Shown one piece after another: positions 25,068-33,445 of a stretch of DNA of 34,864 nt (position 1 is the first letter of the stretch; each line of letters begins with the position of its first letter). A program made the position numbers and the translations under genes. The notes under the pieces are model-generated. The model was not told the origin of the DNA and did no database searches. It saw only the letters and a list, made by a program, of their open reading frames with translations. The DNA comes from a virus (Duplodnaviria > Caudoviricetes). The DNA lies in IMG/VR virus record IMGVR_UViG_3300020045_005593, positions 1 to 34,864 of that record; one strand, given 5' to 3'.

Positions 25068-25925
25068 TTAAATTCCACAATATCCAGAATCGCATTCGTT
25101 AAAATCTTCTAACGCAAATTCATATTGTAAATTCCATTTTTGTATTTTTGAATACTCCGTGTCTTGTCTCCAAGTATTTCCTTTCATAACTTTTGCCTGA
25201 TTTTCTTTATCTATAAACCATTGTAATTTTTCCGGGTGTAATTCCATCATTTTTCTTAATAAATGCGGTTCTTTATGCATACACCCCACACAGTTATTCA
25301 TCCATGCAAATTGAACTGGTTTATATTTCCAAAATTCTTCAATGGAATCTTTATAAATACCGTCTTCTATTAATGGGTAAAATGGTTTTTGATATTCAAA
25401 CTCTTTCCACTTATTTCTTCCGTTTGAAGTTTTTCCAACTATTCCCTTATGGGTTAAATATCCAAACGGATTTAAACGATTATTTGTATTTACAGCTCTT
25501 CGTGTTTCATTTGCTCTAAAACCAAAACGACACTCCCATGGGTCAATATTTAATGAATGCCAATATTTAAATAACGGATCAACTTTCATTTCTTGTGTGC
25601 AAAAACGCCTCATTGGTTGTGGTAAATTCGGTATTCCTGTTTTTCTATCTATTGTTTCCTCAAATGTTTTTCCAGTTACCCATTTTATTTTTCTTCCGGT
25701 AAATTGCTCTAAATCAAAAATAGTTTTAATAATGACATTGTCTTCTAACGTTCCTATAAATTCAATGCCTAATTCGTCTGAAACCATCTGACGTAATTTT
25801 TTATCAGGAAACAAACATTTAATTTCATTTGTTCTTACTAATGCAAACGCTCGATAATCACTAGGGTAATTAGCTTCTAAATAAGCGGAAGTTTTTCCGC
25901 CCGATATGCTGTTAAATGTTTTCAT
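25068..25925 (-). CDS. PAPS-reductase-like PP-loop protein, copy 1
   Basis: SISGGKTS, RFCT..MKVDP, GFRANETRR, NNCVGC, C-terminal CDSGYCG. Likely start at 25925. Confidence 0.8.
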   Translation of the reverse strand: MKTFNSISGGKTSAYLEANYPSDYRAFALVRTNEIKCLFPDKKLRQMVSDELGIEFIGTLEDNVIIKTIFDLEQFTGRKIKWVTGKTFEETIDRKTGIPNLPQPMRRFCTQEMKVDPLFKYWHSLNIDPWECRFGFRANETRRAVNTNNRLNPFGYLTHKGIVGKTSNGRNKWKEFEYQKPFYPLIEDGIYKDSIEEFWKYKPVQFAWMNNCVGCMHKEPHLLRKMMELHPEKLQWFIDKENQAKVMKGNTWRQDTEYSKIQKWNLQYEFALEDFNECDSGYCGI

Positions 25926-25926
25926 A

Positions 25927-26124
25927 TTAAAATTTTTTTTCTTCTTCACATTCATTGCCCCAATTTTCAGCAGAACAAGGATAAATAGATTTGCACACGT
26001 TACAATAAAATGTAAAGCATTCTGGATACGTTTCCTTTAAATACTTTTCTGTATTTTCATTAATTTTAGCCATTTCTCTAATTTCTTTATGGCTAATTTT
26101 TACTGTAAAATCATTTTTGTCCAT
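25927..26124 (-). CDS. Small Cys-rich protein
   Basis: 65 aa containing CNVC..YPC. Confidence 0.5.
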   Translation of the reverse strand: MDKNDFTVKISHKEIREMAKINENTEKYLKETYPECFTFYCNVCKSIYPCSAENWGNECEEEKKF

Positions 26125-26130
26125 AAATTT

Positions 26131-26394
26131 TTAATTTAAATTCATTTTACTTTCATAAATATAAAAAGTTTCAATTGTTTTAACCGGATAATATTTAACA
26201 ATATATTTTCCTTTTTGTATCATTTCTAATGATTTTATAATCAAATTAAACGACCTTTCATTGTAGTAATTTAAGCCTTTTTTTGTGCTTTCTGGACTTA
26301 ATTTTAATGTCCTTATTTTGTCGTAAACGGTAACAGAACTAAACCCTGTAATTGCTGCAATTTGCTTAACTGTGTAGGTGTTACTTGATTTCAT
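26131..26394 (-). CDS. HTH DNA-binding protein (MerR/excisionase-like)
   Basis: YTVKQIAAITGFSSVTVYDKIR. Confidence 0.7.
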   Translation of the reverse strand: MKSSNTYTVKQIAAITGFSSVTVYDKIRTLKLSPESTKKGLNYYNERSFNLIIKSLEMIQKGKYIVKYYPVKTIETFYIYESKMNLN

Positions 26395-26900
26395 AACTTC
26401 ACCCCAATTTTTACAAATCCACTATTACGCATTTCGCTAGGTTCATTATAAAATTCAAAGTCGCCTCTTTTATCACGTGTCATACGAACTCCAAGGACCA
26501 ACGAACCAATTACATAATCTATGCCTATTTCAGTGCCTAAAGTTGGATATCCATTGCCACCCCTAGAAATAATCCCAGCTCTTAACCCGGCATAATATCT
26601 AATTTGTTCCCACATTCCACTAGTGAAATTCAAACCGGCAGCACCTATAAAATCTACATAACCACCTTCTAAAGCCGCGAATGTTGAAATTGAAGCGCGT
26701 GTATAAATTGTTCCGTTGTATTCTATTTCAGCGCCTATTTGCAAACCTGATTCTTTAATTGACGCGCTTGGATCTACGACTATTGCAAAGTTAAACGAGT
26801 CAACTTTATTTAATCTGAAATTAGATTGAGCGTTACTTTTACATGTGATTGCTATTGTAACTATCGCTACAATTATCCAGAATTTTGTGTTATTTTTCAT
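26391..26900 (-). CDS. Outer-membrane beta-barrel-like protein with signal peptide
   Basis: Signal peptide ending SNA-Q; alternating strands (IGAEIEY, GAAGLNF, YYAGLRAG, GTEIGIDY); terminal GFVKIGVKL. Confidence 0.7.
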   Translation of the reverse strand: MKNNTKFWIIVAIVTIAITCKSNAQSNFRLNKVDSFNFAIVVDPSASIKESGLQIGAEIEYNGTIYTRASISTFAALEGGYVDFIGAAGLNFTSGMWEQIRYYAGLRAGIISRGGNGYPTLGTEIGIDYVIGSLVLGVRMTRDKRGDFEFYNEPSEMRNSGFVKIGVKL

Positions 26901-27103
26901 AATTTTTCTAATTTAAACTCAATTGTTAATAAATACCCTTCTTTGTTTGCTATATCCGATAAAGTTCCATCGCAAATATTTCTCACTCCTCTTTGCCATT
27001 CACTTACACGCTGGTATGGTATTTCGTGACGATTAGCAAATTCTTTAATAGTTCCGCAACCTGATAATTGTATTAGATTTCGGATTGTTTGTTGTTTTGT
27101 CAT
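26897..27103 (-). CDS. XRE/Cro-like HTH protein
   Basis: TIKEFANRHEIPYQRVSEWQRGVRNI. Confidence 0.8.
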   Translation of the reverse strand: MTKQQTIRNLIQLSGCGTIKEFANRHEIPYQRVSEWQRGVRNICDGTLSDIANKEGYLLTIEFKLEKL

Positions 27104-27110
27104 TTTGATT

Positions 27111-27857
27111 TTATTTAGTTTCGCAAAATATTCCGCAGTCGTAACTTTTAATCTTACCTCCTTTATCTGTTATCTTTAGCTCATCTAAAAAAATTCTTTT
27201 TCCTTTTACTTTTACCAATTTACATCCGATTCTCTTACTTTGTTCAGAACGTTGTTCAAATACATCTGGAAAAGTTTTACGAACTAAATTCCAATAAGTA
27301 GGCGACTGGCTTTTAACACATCCTATGCAATTTGCATTAGGAAATCCTAATTCATAAATTAACGGTCTTTTTATTCCGGCATCTGATAAAATATTAAAAC
27401 AATCTATTTTAGTTAATTTTTCATCAATTAAAAGGCCTATAACGTTTCCTCTTTCAAATTTAACGAATCTATCATATCTATTTTGTTCTTCTACAGTAAA
27501 GCCTAAAACGTGAAAATCAATTTTATTATTTTTTTCAAATTCGTAACGAGCTTGTTTTTTTAAAAACTTCGTACAGGGTGCTCCTGCAACTCCAGACACA
27601 TACTTTCTTTTATCGAAAACTTCAACTATTGAAGCATTAGGAAATTCTAAGCACTTTGCTTCTATTATTTCAATACCCACCCATTTAGAAATATCATTTT
27701 TAAAACGAATATTATCTTCGTGCTCTTCTTTTACTGGGTTGTTTATAGCTAAAATATTATGCGTATTTCCATAAATTTCAACTGTTTTTTTTAATGCAAT
27801 TGCCGAGGCAACTCCACAACTAAACCAAACCGCTATTGTTTTTTTATTGTTTTTCAT
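27111..27857 (-). CDS. PAPS-reductase-like PP-loop protein, copy 2
   Basis: WFSCGVASA, EHEDN.RF, GAPCT..LKK, GFT.EE..R, GFPNANCIGCVK, DCGIFC. Likely start at 27857. Confidence 0.8.
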   Translation of the reverse strand: MKNNKKTIAVWFSCGVASAIALKKTVEIYGNTHNILAINNPVKEEHEDNIRFKNDISKWVGIEIIEAKCLEFPNASIVEVFDKRKYVSGVAGAPCTKFLKKQARYEFEKNNKIDFHVLGFTVEEQNRYDRFVKFERGNVIGLLIDEKLTKIDCFNILSDAGIKRPLIYELGFPNANCIGCVKSQSPTYWNLVRKTFPDVFEQRSEQSKRIGCKLVKVKGKRIFLDELKITDKGGKIKSYDCGIFCETK

Positions 27858-27888
27858 AATTTCTATTTTTTTAGTGATTTTCAATATT

Positions 27889-27896
27889 CAAAGATA
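27889..27896 (-). promoter_or_regulatory. -7 element TATCTTTG
   Basis: caaagata, with upstream TTTG at 27913-27916 or 27919-27922. Confidence 0.65.
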
Positions 27897-27960
27897 ATAC
27901 AAAAAAGCATACCAAATACAAAATGTGTTTAAATGCGCTTAATTTATATTCATTATAAAT

Positions 27961-27993
27961 AAAAAAAACCCAAATCTTTCGAAATGGGTTTTT
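27961..27993 (-). terminator. Intrinsic terminator after the DUF3127-like gene
   Basis: AAAAACCCA...TGGGTTTTTTTT. Confidence 0.7.
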
Positions 27994-28000
27994 GTGGGGT

Positions 28001-28270
28001 TTACTTAACTTGCCAGCCTGATATTGAATTAAAATACTTCGCCTCACCTTGTGGATTAATCCATTCACGACCTCTTAAATTTATTCCTACCGTAACGGTG
28101 TCGCCTAATATCAAAGCATCGAGTTTGTCATTGCATTTACCTTGCCCAAACTCAATTAAAATCAATTGCGGATATTTCTCGTCTGTTTTAACTACTAATT
28201 CTCTTTTTTCGTAATTCGCGCTTACTGTAATTGGTGCGCCTAAATAATGTACTGTTCCTGTGATTTCCAT
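28001..28270 (-). CDS. DUF3127-like OB-fold ssDNA-binding protein lacking the acidic tail
   Basis: MEITG, KRELVV.T.EKYPQ, INLRGREW, YFNSI.GW. Confidence 0.85.
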   Translation of the reverse strand: MEITGTVHYLGAPITVSANYEKRELVVKTDEKYPQLILIEFGQGKCNDKLDALILGDTVTVGINLRGREWINPQGEAKYFNSISGWQVK

Positions 28271-28272
28271 AT

Positions 28273-28716
28273 TTAAAATTTAATTGTTATACTTGATTTT
28301 CTTGGCGTAGTTGAAACTTTTGGAACTTGATTTCCATAAGCATCAAACGCGTCTTGTTTTTGAGCCATTTTCAATTGTTCGGTTCGAGCATCGAGATCAT
28401 TTTTTATAGTTGACCAAATTTCATCATCTGAATAATTTATAGTATTTCCACCGTTAACTGGAGAAAATTCAACACCTAAAACTAACTGCTTTTCTTTGTC
28501 AATTATATGACTTCTAAACTTTGACATAGCAGCAGAAACAACTTGCTCCAAACGCGCTAAATTTGCCCCTAATTGCATAATATCAACGTCACCGCTTTCG
28601 AGTGCATTATCAATTATTGCCTCACCTGTTTTAATAGCATCTTTTTTTGTAAAAGTGCTATCGTAGAGAGCGGTCATTTGTTCCGCTCTCATTTCAAAAA
28701 ATTGTAGTTTACTCAT
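28273..28716 (-). CDS. Hypothetical protein in the recombination module
   Basis: 147 aa between Bet and DUF3127, ending KSSITIKF. Confidence 0.75.
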   Translation of the reverse strand: MSKLQFFEMRAEQMTALYDSTFTKKDAIKTGEAIIDNALESGDVDIMQLGANLARLEQVVSAAMSKFRSHIIDKEKQLVLGVEFSPVNGGNTINYSDDEIWSTIKNDLDARTEQLKMAQKQDAFDAYGNQVPKVSTTPRKSSITIKF

Positions 28717-29455
28717 TTTTCAATTGATTTAATTTTTCTTCCAATGTCAAAACCTGTGCGCTCGATGCGTTCAATTTACCTTCTTCAATCATATTCAAAA
28801 CCTCACCTAATCTTTCAGCGGTTGCTGTGTCAATTAGTTTTTTGTGTTGTGATTGGTTCATTGTCGGGATTTTGTCCTCTACAATCTCAACGTGTGGAAT
28901 ATCTTGAGTAATTTCTTGTTGTGGCATTTCGTCGCTTGTGTATGGCATACCTCCTAATTCGTCAGAAAAACACAATCTAAAAGCCTGGGAAATTGCAACT
29001 TTTTTTGTCATAAAATTAGCTTTTTGCCAAAATGCAGTCGGTCTTTTTTTGCCTGTTTTTTTACCGTTTTCCCATTCATCAGTAACCTGTACACATTCTT
29101 CATAAAACACCTCCCAAACAAAAGGATGTTGACGATCCTTTCTATGAATGGTCACGGTTGCTTTTAAATCGTTTGCCGCAACGCTCCCCGATGTTGTAGC
29201 GTGCCATCCGTCTAATTGTCCAGAACGCTCAGCACGCTTAATATAAACCTCGTACCCTGTAATTATGGAAAGTGTTTCTCCATATTTAGAAACGTGTATT
29301 TCTCTTTTAAAAGGATTTAAACCAAATGTTTTTGCAATGGTTAAAAACTGGGTCTTTTCATTGTCGTTTAGCTTTGTGCCTATTCCAAAAGCTGTTAAAT
29401 AATCAGACAAAATCTTGTCGCTCACTTGTTCTGTTGTTGTAATCTCGTTTTTCAT
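28709..29455 (-). CDS. bet: Single-strand annealing protein (Redbeta/RecT family)
   Basis: FL.IAKTFGLNPFKREIH, IITGYE...RAERSG, W....MTKKVAISQAFR..F...GG.YTSDEM. Confidence 0.9.
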   Translation of the reverse strand: MKNEITTTEQVSDKILSDYLTAFGIGTKLNDNEKTQFLTIAKTFGLNPFKREIHVSKYGETLSIITGYEVYIKRAERSGQLDGWHATTSGSVAANDLKATVTIHRKDRQHPFVWEVFYEECVQVTDEWENGKKTGKKRPTAFWQKANFMTKKVAISQAFRLCFSDELGGMPYTSDEMPQQEITQDIPHVEIVEDKIPTMNQSQHKKLIDTATAERLGEVLNMIEEGKLNASSAQVLTLEEKLNQLKNE

Positions 29456-29460
29456 AATCT

Positions 29461-29679
29461 CTAATTTTTATTTAATTCAAATAATTGTTTTACAGTGATT
29501 CCTACTAATGCTTTTGCAGGACGTATATTAATGCATTCTATGCTATTAATTTCTTTTTTAATGGTTAATAATACTTTGAAGTATTTTAATGTTTTATAAT
29601 TTCCTTGTGCGTATCTATTAATTAGATTCAATTCTATTAATCTTTCACGTCTGTTTCTAAGTGTTTGTAGTCTGGTCAT
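29461..29679 (-). CDS. Small basic hypothetical protein
   Basis: 72 aa, first gene after the 29701 promoter. Confidence 0.6.
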   Translation of the reverse strand: MTRLQTLRNRRERLIELNLINRYAQGNYKTLKYFKVLLTIKKEINSIECINIRPAKALVGITVKQLFELNKN

Positions 29680-29700
29680 AATTTCTATATTTTAGTTCAG

Positions 29701-29804
29701 CAAATATATAACTATTAATTGAATAAACAATATTAAAAACGTTATTTATATTAAATCTATATTACATAATTAATTTTGTTACTAAATAAAAATGTGTACA
29801 TTTG
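29701..29804. promoter_or_regulatory. Divergent early promoter region
   Basis: TATATTTG on minus at 29701-29708; TTTG(29775)-N18-TACATTTG(29797-29804) on plus. Confidence 0.75.
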
Positions 29805-29826
29805 TAGAAATAAAAACAGAAAAATT

Positions 29827-29955
29827 ATGAAACTCACTCAAAAACAACTAGACAATTCAATGATTATAACCAGAGCAATTCCTAAATCTCAAATTGAAAA
29901 ATCAGGAAGGGAAAAAAGACGTGAAAAAAGAAAATTAAATAGAAAAAATAAATAA
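29827..29955 (+). CDS. Small Lys/Arg-rich protein (42 aa)
   Basis: MKLTQKQLDNSMIITRAIPKSQIEKSGREKRREKRKLNRKNK; first ORF after the plus-strand promoter. Confidence 0.55.
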   Translation: MKLTQKQLDNSMIITRAIPKSQIEKSGREKRREKRKLNRKNK

Positions 29956-29958
29956 CAA

Positions 29959-30102
29959 ATGAAAAAACCAACAAATAACGAACGTAATGCCGGGAGAAAA
30001 CAAAAATACAATTCTCCAACGAAATTGAAACGTATTCCGATTATCGCAGAAAGCGCAATTGATGAATTATTGAAACCGTTTTTAAATCCAAAATCAAAAT
30101 GA
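29959..30102 (+). CDS. Small DNA-binding candidate with NAGRK motif (47 aa)
   Basis: MKKPTNNERNAGRKQKYNSPTKLKRIPIIAESAIDELLKPFL... Confidence 0.6.
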   Translation: MKKPTNNERNAGRKQKYNSPTKLKRIPIIAESAIDELLKPFLNPKSK

Positions 30103-30173
30103 AACAAAAACCTCAAATAATATTCCTTACAATTGTCGGGGTTTATTTTATTTTTAATTTAATATTTAGATAG
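30099..30173 (+). CDS. 24-aa hydrophobic peptide
   Basis: MKQKPQIIFLTIVGVYFIFNLIFR; ATGA-coupled, ends 2 nt before the next ATG. Confidence 0.5.
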   Translation: MKQKPQIIFLTIVGVYFIFNLIFR

Positions 30174-30175
30174 TT

Positions 30176-30412
30176 ATGGGATTAGTAGAAGAATTTAGAA
30201 AAGCTACCAGATATGAATATCAAGAGTATGCAGGTGCTCATCCATCAACTTGGGAAATGGACGAAGAAGATTTGGTTAAATGCGCACAAATAGCAGAAAA
30301 TTTCGCTATTGGTTTTGCGGAATGGATTGTTAAAGATGATCAAAATTTAGAATATTATACTAGACTAGGAAAAACAAAAGAACTTTTAGAAATTTATAAA
30401 AAAACATTATGA
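30176..30412 (+). CDS. Hypothetical protein
   Basis: 78 aa, FAIGFAEW...KELLEIYKK. Confidence 0.7.
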   Translation: MGLVEEFRKATRYEYQEYAGAHPSTWEMDEEDLVKCAQIAENFAIGFAEWIVKDDQNLEYYTRLGKTKELLEIYKKTL

Positions 30413-30597
30413 AAATCACTCAATCAATATTAGTATCAATTTTAACATTTGCATTTTTTTATCTTTTGTGTGCTTTTTATAGTACAACATTTGATATAAG
30501 CAAATGGACTGAATTCACAAGGTACGTGACTTGTTTCTTAGGAGGTCTTTTTTCTCCTACTTTTGGATTACTAAATTATTTTAAAGAAAAATTATGA
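30409..30597 (+). CDS. Small two-TM membrane protein
   Basis: 62 aa, two hydrophobic segments, ATGA overlaps. Confidence 0.65.
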   Translation: MKITQSILVSILTFAFFYLLCAFYSTTFDISKWTEFTRYVTCFLGGLFSPTFGLLNYFKEKL

Positions 30598-30758
30598 AAA
30601 AACAAACCAACGTCGAAAGATTCTATGAATGGATGTTATCGATAAACAACAAATTTTTACACGATAATAATAAAATGTGCCGTGCGTTTCATATCGTTGC
30701 TATGCGCGATGTTAACGATATTGAAGTAATTGAACCAATAATTGTAACACCTAATTAA
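30594..30758 (+). CDS. Hypothetical protein (54 aa)
   Basis: MKKQTNVERFYEWMLSINNK...; ATGA overlap. Not in the ORF track. Confidence 0.6.
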   Translation: MKKQTNVERFYEWMLSINNKFLHDNNKMCRAFHIVAMRDVNDIEVIEPIIVTPN

Positions 30759-30759
30759 C

Positions 30760-30930
30760 ATGACAGCACTTATAATATCAATAGCATTATTACTAATTTT
30801 ATGCGTATTACTTGCCAGAAAAGTAATCCGGCAAGAAGAAGAAATTTTTGATCTAAAAGTAAATATTTCAGAAAAAAATAAGTTATTAGAATGGCAGGAT
30901 GGTTTAATTGAGGAAATGGATAAAAAATAA
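30760..30930 (+). CDS. Small TM plus coiled-coil protein (56 aa)
   Basis: MTALIISIALLLILCVLLARKVIRQEEE... Not in the ORF track. Confidence 0.6.
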   Translation: MTALIISIALLLILCVLLARKVIRQEEEIFDLKVNISEKNKLLEWQDGLIEEMDKK

Positions 30931-30939
30931 ATAAAAAAA

Positions 30940-31242
30940 ATGACAAAGAAAGATCTTTTTGAAAAATACATGATTAATGAATCTCATTCTGAATGGGATA
31001 ACAGAATTGATAATTGGATTAGTGTTGAAATTTTTAGAATTATGCATGAAGGAAGACTACCAATAGAAACAGATACTTCTTTAAAATATATTATTGATTT
31101 TTCAGATAAAATAAGAAATCCTAAAATGTTTGGTGAAAATATAGGAAATAACAATTTTGGTAGTTTATATCTAACTTCAAAAAGAATGATATATAAATTT
31201 TCTAATTTAATCTTAGAAGAAGTAAATTCTAACGAAAACTAG
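30940..31242 (+). CDS. Hypothetical protein
   Basis: 100 aa, convergent with the lysis cassette. Confidence 0.65.
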   Translation: MTKKDLFEKYMINESHSEWDNRIDNWISVEIFRIMHEGRLPIETDTSLKYIIDFSDKIRNPKMFGENIGNNNFGSLYLTSKRMIYKFSNLILEEVNSNEN

Positions 31243-31651
31243 GCAATTTAAACCAAGCTAAAACACCTAATACCAATACTAAAAATAAACCGATGTATAG
31301 CAATGTATTATCTGTTTTTTCTGTTTGTTTATTATCTAAAATTTCAGATTTTCCAGACGTAGTTCCAATATTTTTTTTATTCAATTCAAAATCTTCAAAT
31401 TTTGATTTATCAAATTTTATTGAAACATTGAAATATTGCTTGCCATCTACAAAGAATGGCTTTGTATTATCAATTGGCATAAGTTCTCCTATGTCATTTA
31501 ATTTGATATTTTGAGTTAATATATATGAGCTGTCATTAAATAGATAATTATACTTTATTTCGTGGTATTCTTTGTTTGTTTTACGCGTCCCACATCCAAA
31601 TAGAAAAGATAAAATAATAATTGCTAAAATAGTGGAAATTAGTAGTCTCAT
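31229..31651 (-). CDS. Unimolecular-spanin-like lipoprotein
   Basis: Lipobox LFG-C and C-terminal [20 protein letters not shown]; directly after the endolysin. Confidence 0.7.
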   Translation of the reverse strand: MRLLISTILAIIILSFLFGCGTRKTNKEYHEIKYNYLFNDSSYILTQNIKLNDIGELMPIDNTKPFFVDGKQYFNVSIKFDKSKFEDFELNKKNIGTTSGKSEILDNKQTEKTDNTLLYIGLFLVLVLGVLAWFKLPSFR

Positions 31652-32115
31652 ATCGGTTTAATCTCAAAATGCATCCAATCATAATTTTTTTCAATTCCTA
31701 AAGATAAAAAACCATTTCTATAAAATATGTCAATCATTTGTTTATATTCAGGACGCGCAAATCTTGCCGTTTTTTTTGTTTCGTGAAGTAAGTTACGTTC
31801 TGGATCTAAATCTATTGCGATACCCCAACTATGACGGCTGTAATCGTTACCGCCTCGCATTTTACGAAAATTAAAACAACCTCCATAAATATCAATTCCT
31901 AATTCCTGTATTTTTTCTAATCCGTAAACCTCTAAAATTTCTTTAAAAATATTGGTAAAATTAGTGGCTACCAATTTATGACAACGCATTGTTTTTACTT
32001 TTGTATTTTTATCCCAAGCCAAACGCATTGGGTATGGCAAATTTATCGTAGTTAAATAAGTGCCTTTTTCATTTGGATGTCCAAAATCTTTGATTGCTTG
32101 TGATGTTGTTATCAT
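31648..32115 (-). CDS. Endolysin, M15-family Zn peptidase
   Basis: [21 protein letters not shown]...DWMHFE. Confidence 0.9.
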   Translation of the reverse strand: MITTSQAIKDFGHPNEKGTYLTTINLPYPMRLAWDKNTKVKTMRCHKLVATNFTNIFKEILEVYGLEKIQELGIDIYGGCFNFRKMRGGNDYSRHSWGIAIDLDPERNLLHETKKTARFARPEYKQMIDIFYRNGFLSLGIEKNYDWMHFEIKPI

Positions 32116-32414
32116 ATTTTACCAAGTAAATAAATTATTATTGCAGCTACCAAGCCGCCTATTCCAGACGCAAACCATTTAATCAAACCCATATTATCCT
32201 TTAATAATGCGATATCGTCTTGATTCTTTTCAACATCATTCTTTACTTTTTGCAGCGTGTGAACCATTCCTATTCCGCCTGTATATTCATTACCTACTAA
32301 TGCATTGGTAATTTTATGTAGCGACTCGTTGGTATTTTCCCCAGATTCTTTCATTAACTTTAAATGATGTTCTATTCTGTCAAGTCGCGCGTTTGCTATT
32401 TTTTCTTCTTCCAA
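32112..32414 (-). CDS. Coiled-coil plus C-terminal TM protein (lysis-associated, XhlA-like architecture)
   Basis: 100 aa, TTG start, C-terminal [18 protein letters not shown]. Confidence 0.6.
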   Translation of the reverse strand: MEEEKIANARLDRIEHHLKLMKESGENTNESLHKITNALVGNEYTGGIGMVHTLQKVKNDVEKNQDDIALLKDNMGLIKWFASGIGGLVAAIIIYLLGKI

Positions 32415-32731
32415 AACGGTAATAATATATAGGTTAAAATAATCGAATAATAAAGAAAATAATATATTTCATCTGTAAGGTAAATATACAAAAAATTTAA
32501 TATCACAATTGAATAAATGCAAGATAGGTATATCTTAGAAATTCGAGTGTATAAAAAATGAAAAAATATAAAATGAGTTCCACACGCACCAACTAAAAAA
32601 GTATCTATAGTGTCAATTGTTTTAAAATTATTTGCGTAAAAATCAGTTTTAACAAAAAATAATACACAAAATAACTCACACCAAATTAAAATAATTGGCA
32701 TTAATAGCATTATTTTGTGTATTAATCTCAT
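32396..32731 (-). CDS. Multi-TM membrane protein in the lysis cassette
   Basis: 111 aa with 3-4 hydrophobic segments and a basic tail. Confidence 0.6.
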   Translation of the reverse strand: MRLIHKIMLLMPIILIWCELFCVLFFVKTDFYANNFKTIDTIDTFLVGACGTHFIFFHFLYTRISKIYLSCIYSIVILNFLYIYLTDEIYYFLYYSIILTYILLPFWKKKK

Positions 32732-32737
32732 TTTAAA

Positions 32738-32956
32738 TTACGGTCTTGGGGGCTTTGGAGAAATAATGTTTTGTACTTCATCATTTTTCTTTGAATCCTT
32801 AACTAAAGCGGTTACTAAAATCCAAGCCAATGAGCCAAATAAAGTCCATCCTGTTTTATCCGTAAAATAACCAGCCGTATAGGCTTGTAAAAGCGAATCA
32901 ATCGCAAAAGGTAATCCGGTAACTAATCCGGCTAAAGTTGTTCTCCAATCTTTCAT
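32738..32956 (-). CDS. Holin candidate
   Basis: MKDWRTTLAG, two hydrophobic segments, charged tail KDSKK. Confidence 0.65.
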   Translation of the reverse strand: MKDWRTTLAGLVTGLPFAIDSLLQAYTAGYFTDKTGWTLFGSLAWILVTALVKDSKKNDEVQNIISPKPPRP

Positions 32957-32958
32957 AT

Positions 32959-33048
32959 TTATAAATTGTTTAAAATTACGTTATCTTTAGTAAAATACCC
33001 AAATAGCAATATTAAAATCACTATCAAAATCCATTTTACACACTTCAT
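32959..33048 (-). CDS. 29-aa single-TM peptide
   Basis: MKCVKWILIVILILLFGYFTKDNVILNNL; TAATG overlap upstream, ends 2 nt before the holin ATG. Confidence 0.45.
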   Translation of the reverse strand: MKCVKWILIVILILLFGYFTKDNVILNNL

Positions 33049-33428
33049 TATTTTGGTTCAAATTCAACCCCATAAATAGGATCAATTTGTAAATTATACA
33101 TTAACGCACAAAGTAAAAGATAGTCGTCTAATTCACTACCTATTAACTCACTCGGATACGCTTTTAACAATAGTTCCTTTTGCGCGTCATATTCTTCATA
33201 AGATTTTGTATAAGATTTTATTTGAGCTTCGCCATGACGATTTTTATGTACTTGAGTGCTTTCATTTTCAGTTTTTGGATCAAATATTAAACTGTCAATT
33301 GTCTCAAAAGTATACTCTTTTCTTTCTGCGTCGCGATTAGTTTGTTTTATTTCAATTTGAATAAATTCCTCTAGTTTTCCCTCACGGTCATTTACTAGAA
33401 TTGCCTTTGTTTTAGATATTACTTTCAT
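33048..33428 (-). CDS. Hypothetical protein downstream of the fibre-like gene
   Basis: 126-aa acidic ORF; position suggests a fibre chaperone. Confidence 0.6.
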   Translation of the reverse strand: MKVISKTKAILVNDREGKLEEFIQIEIKQTNRDAERKEYTFETIDSLIFDPKTENESTQVHKNRHGEAQIKSYTKSYEEYDAQKELLLKAYPSELIGSELDDYLLLCALMYNLQIDPIYGVEFEPK

Positions 33429-33445
33429 ATTATTATTTATTTAAT

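Noticed and set aside
26131-27103. Lysogeny module (excisionase/repressor)
   Set aside because: Only short HTH proteins; no integrase, partition genes or peptidase-bearing CI recognised. Lifestyle is left undetermined because part of the genome is missing.
16707-28214. Plus-strand ORFs at 16707, 21099, 22240, 24042, 24330, 25304, 25597, 26826 and 27984, and minus ORF 27871..28068
   Set aside because: They lie opposite clear genes or span a terminator and promoter, with no motifs or expression signals.
29889-31514. Minus ORFs 29889..30116 and 30657..30971, plus ORF 31293..31514
   Set aside because: Shadows of the coupled plus-strand small ORFs and of the spanin-like gene.
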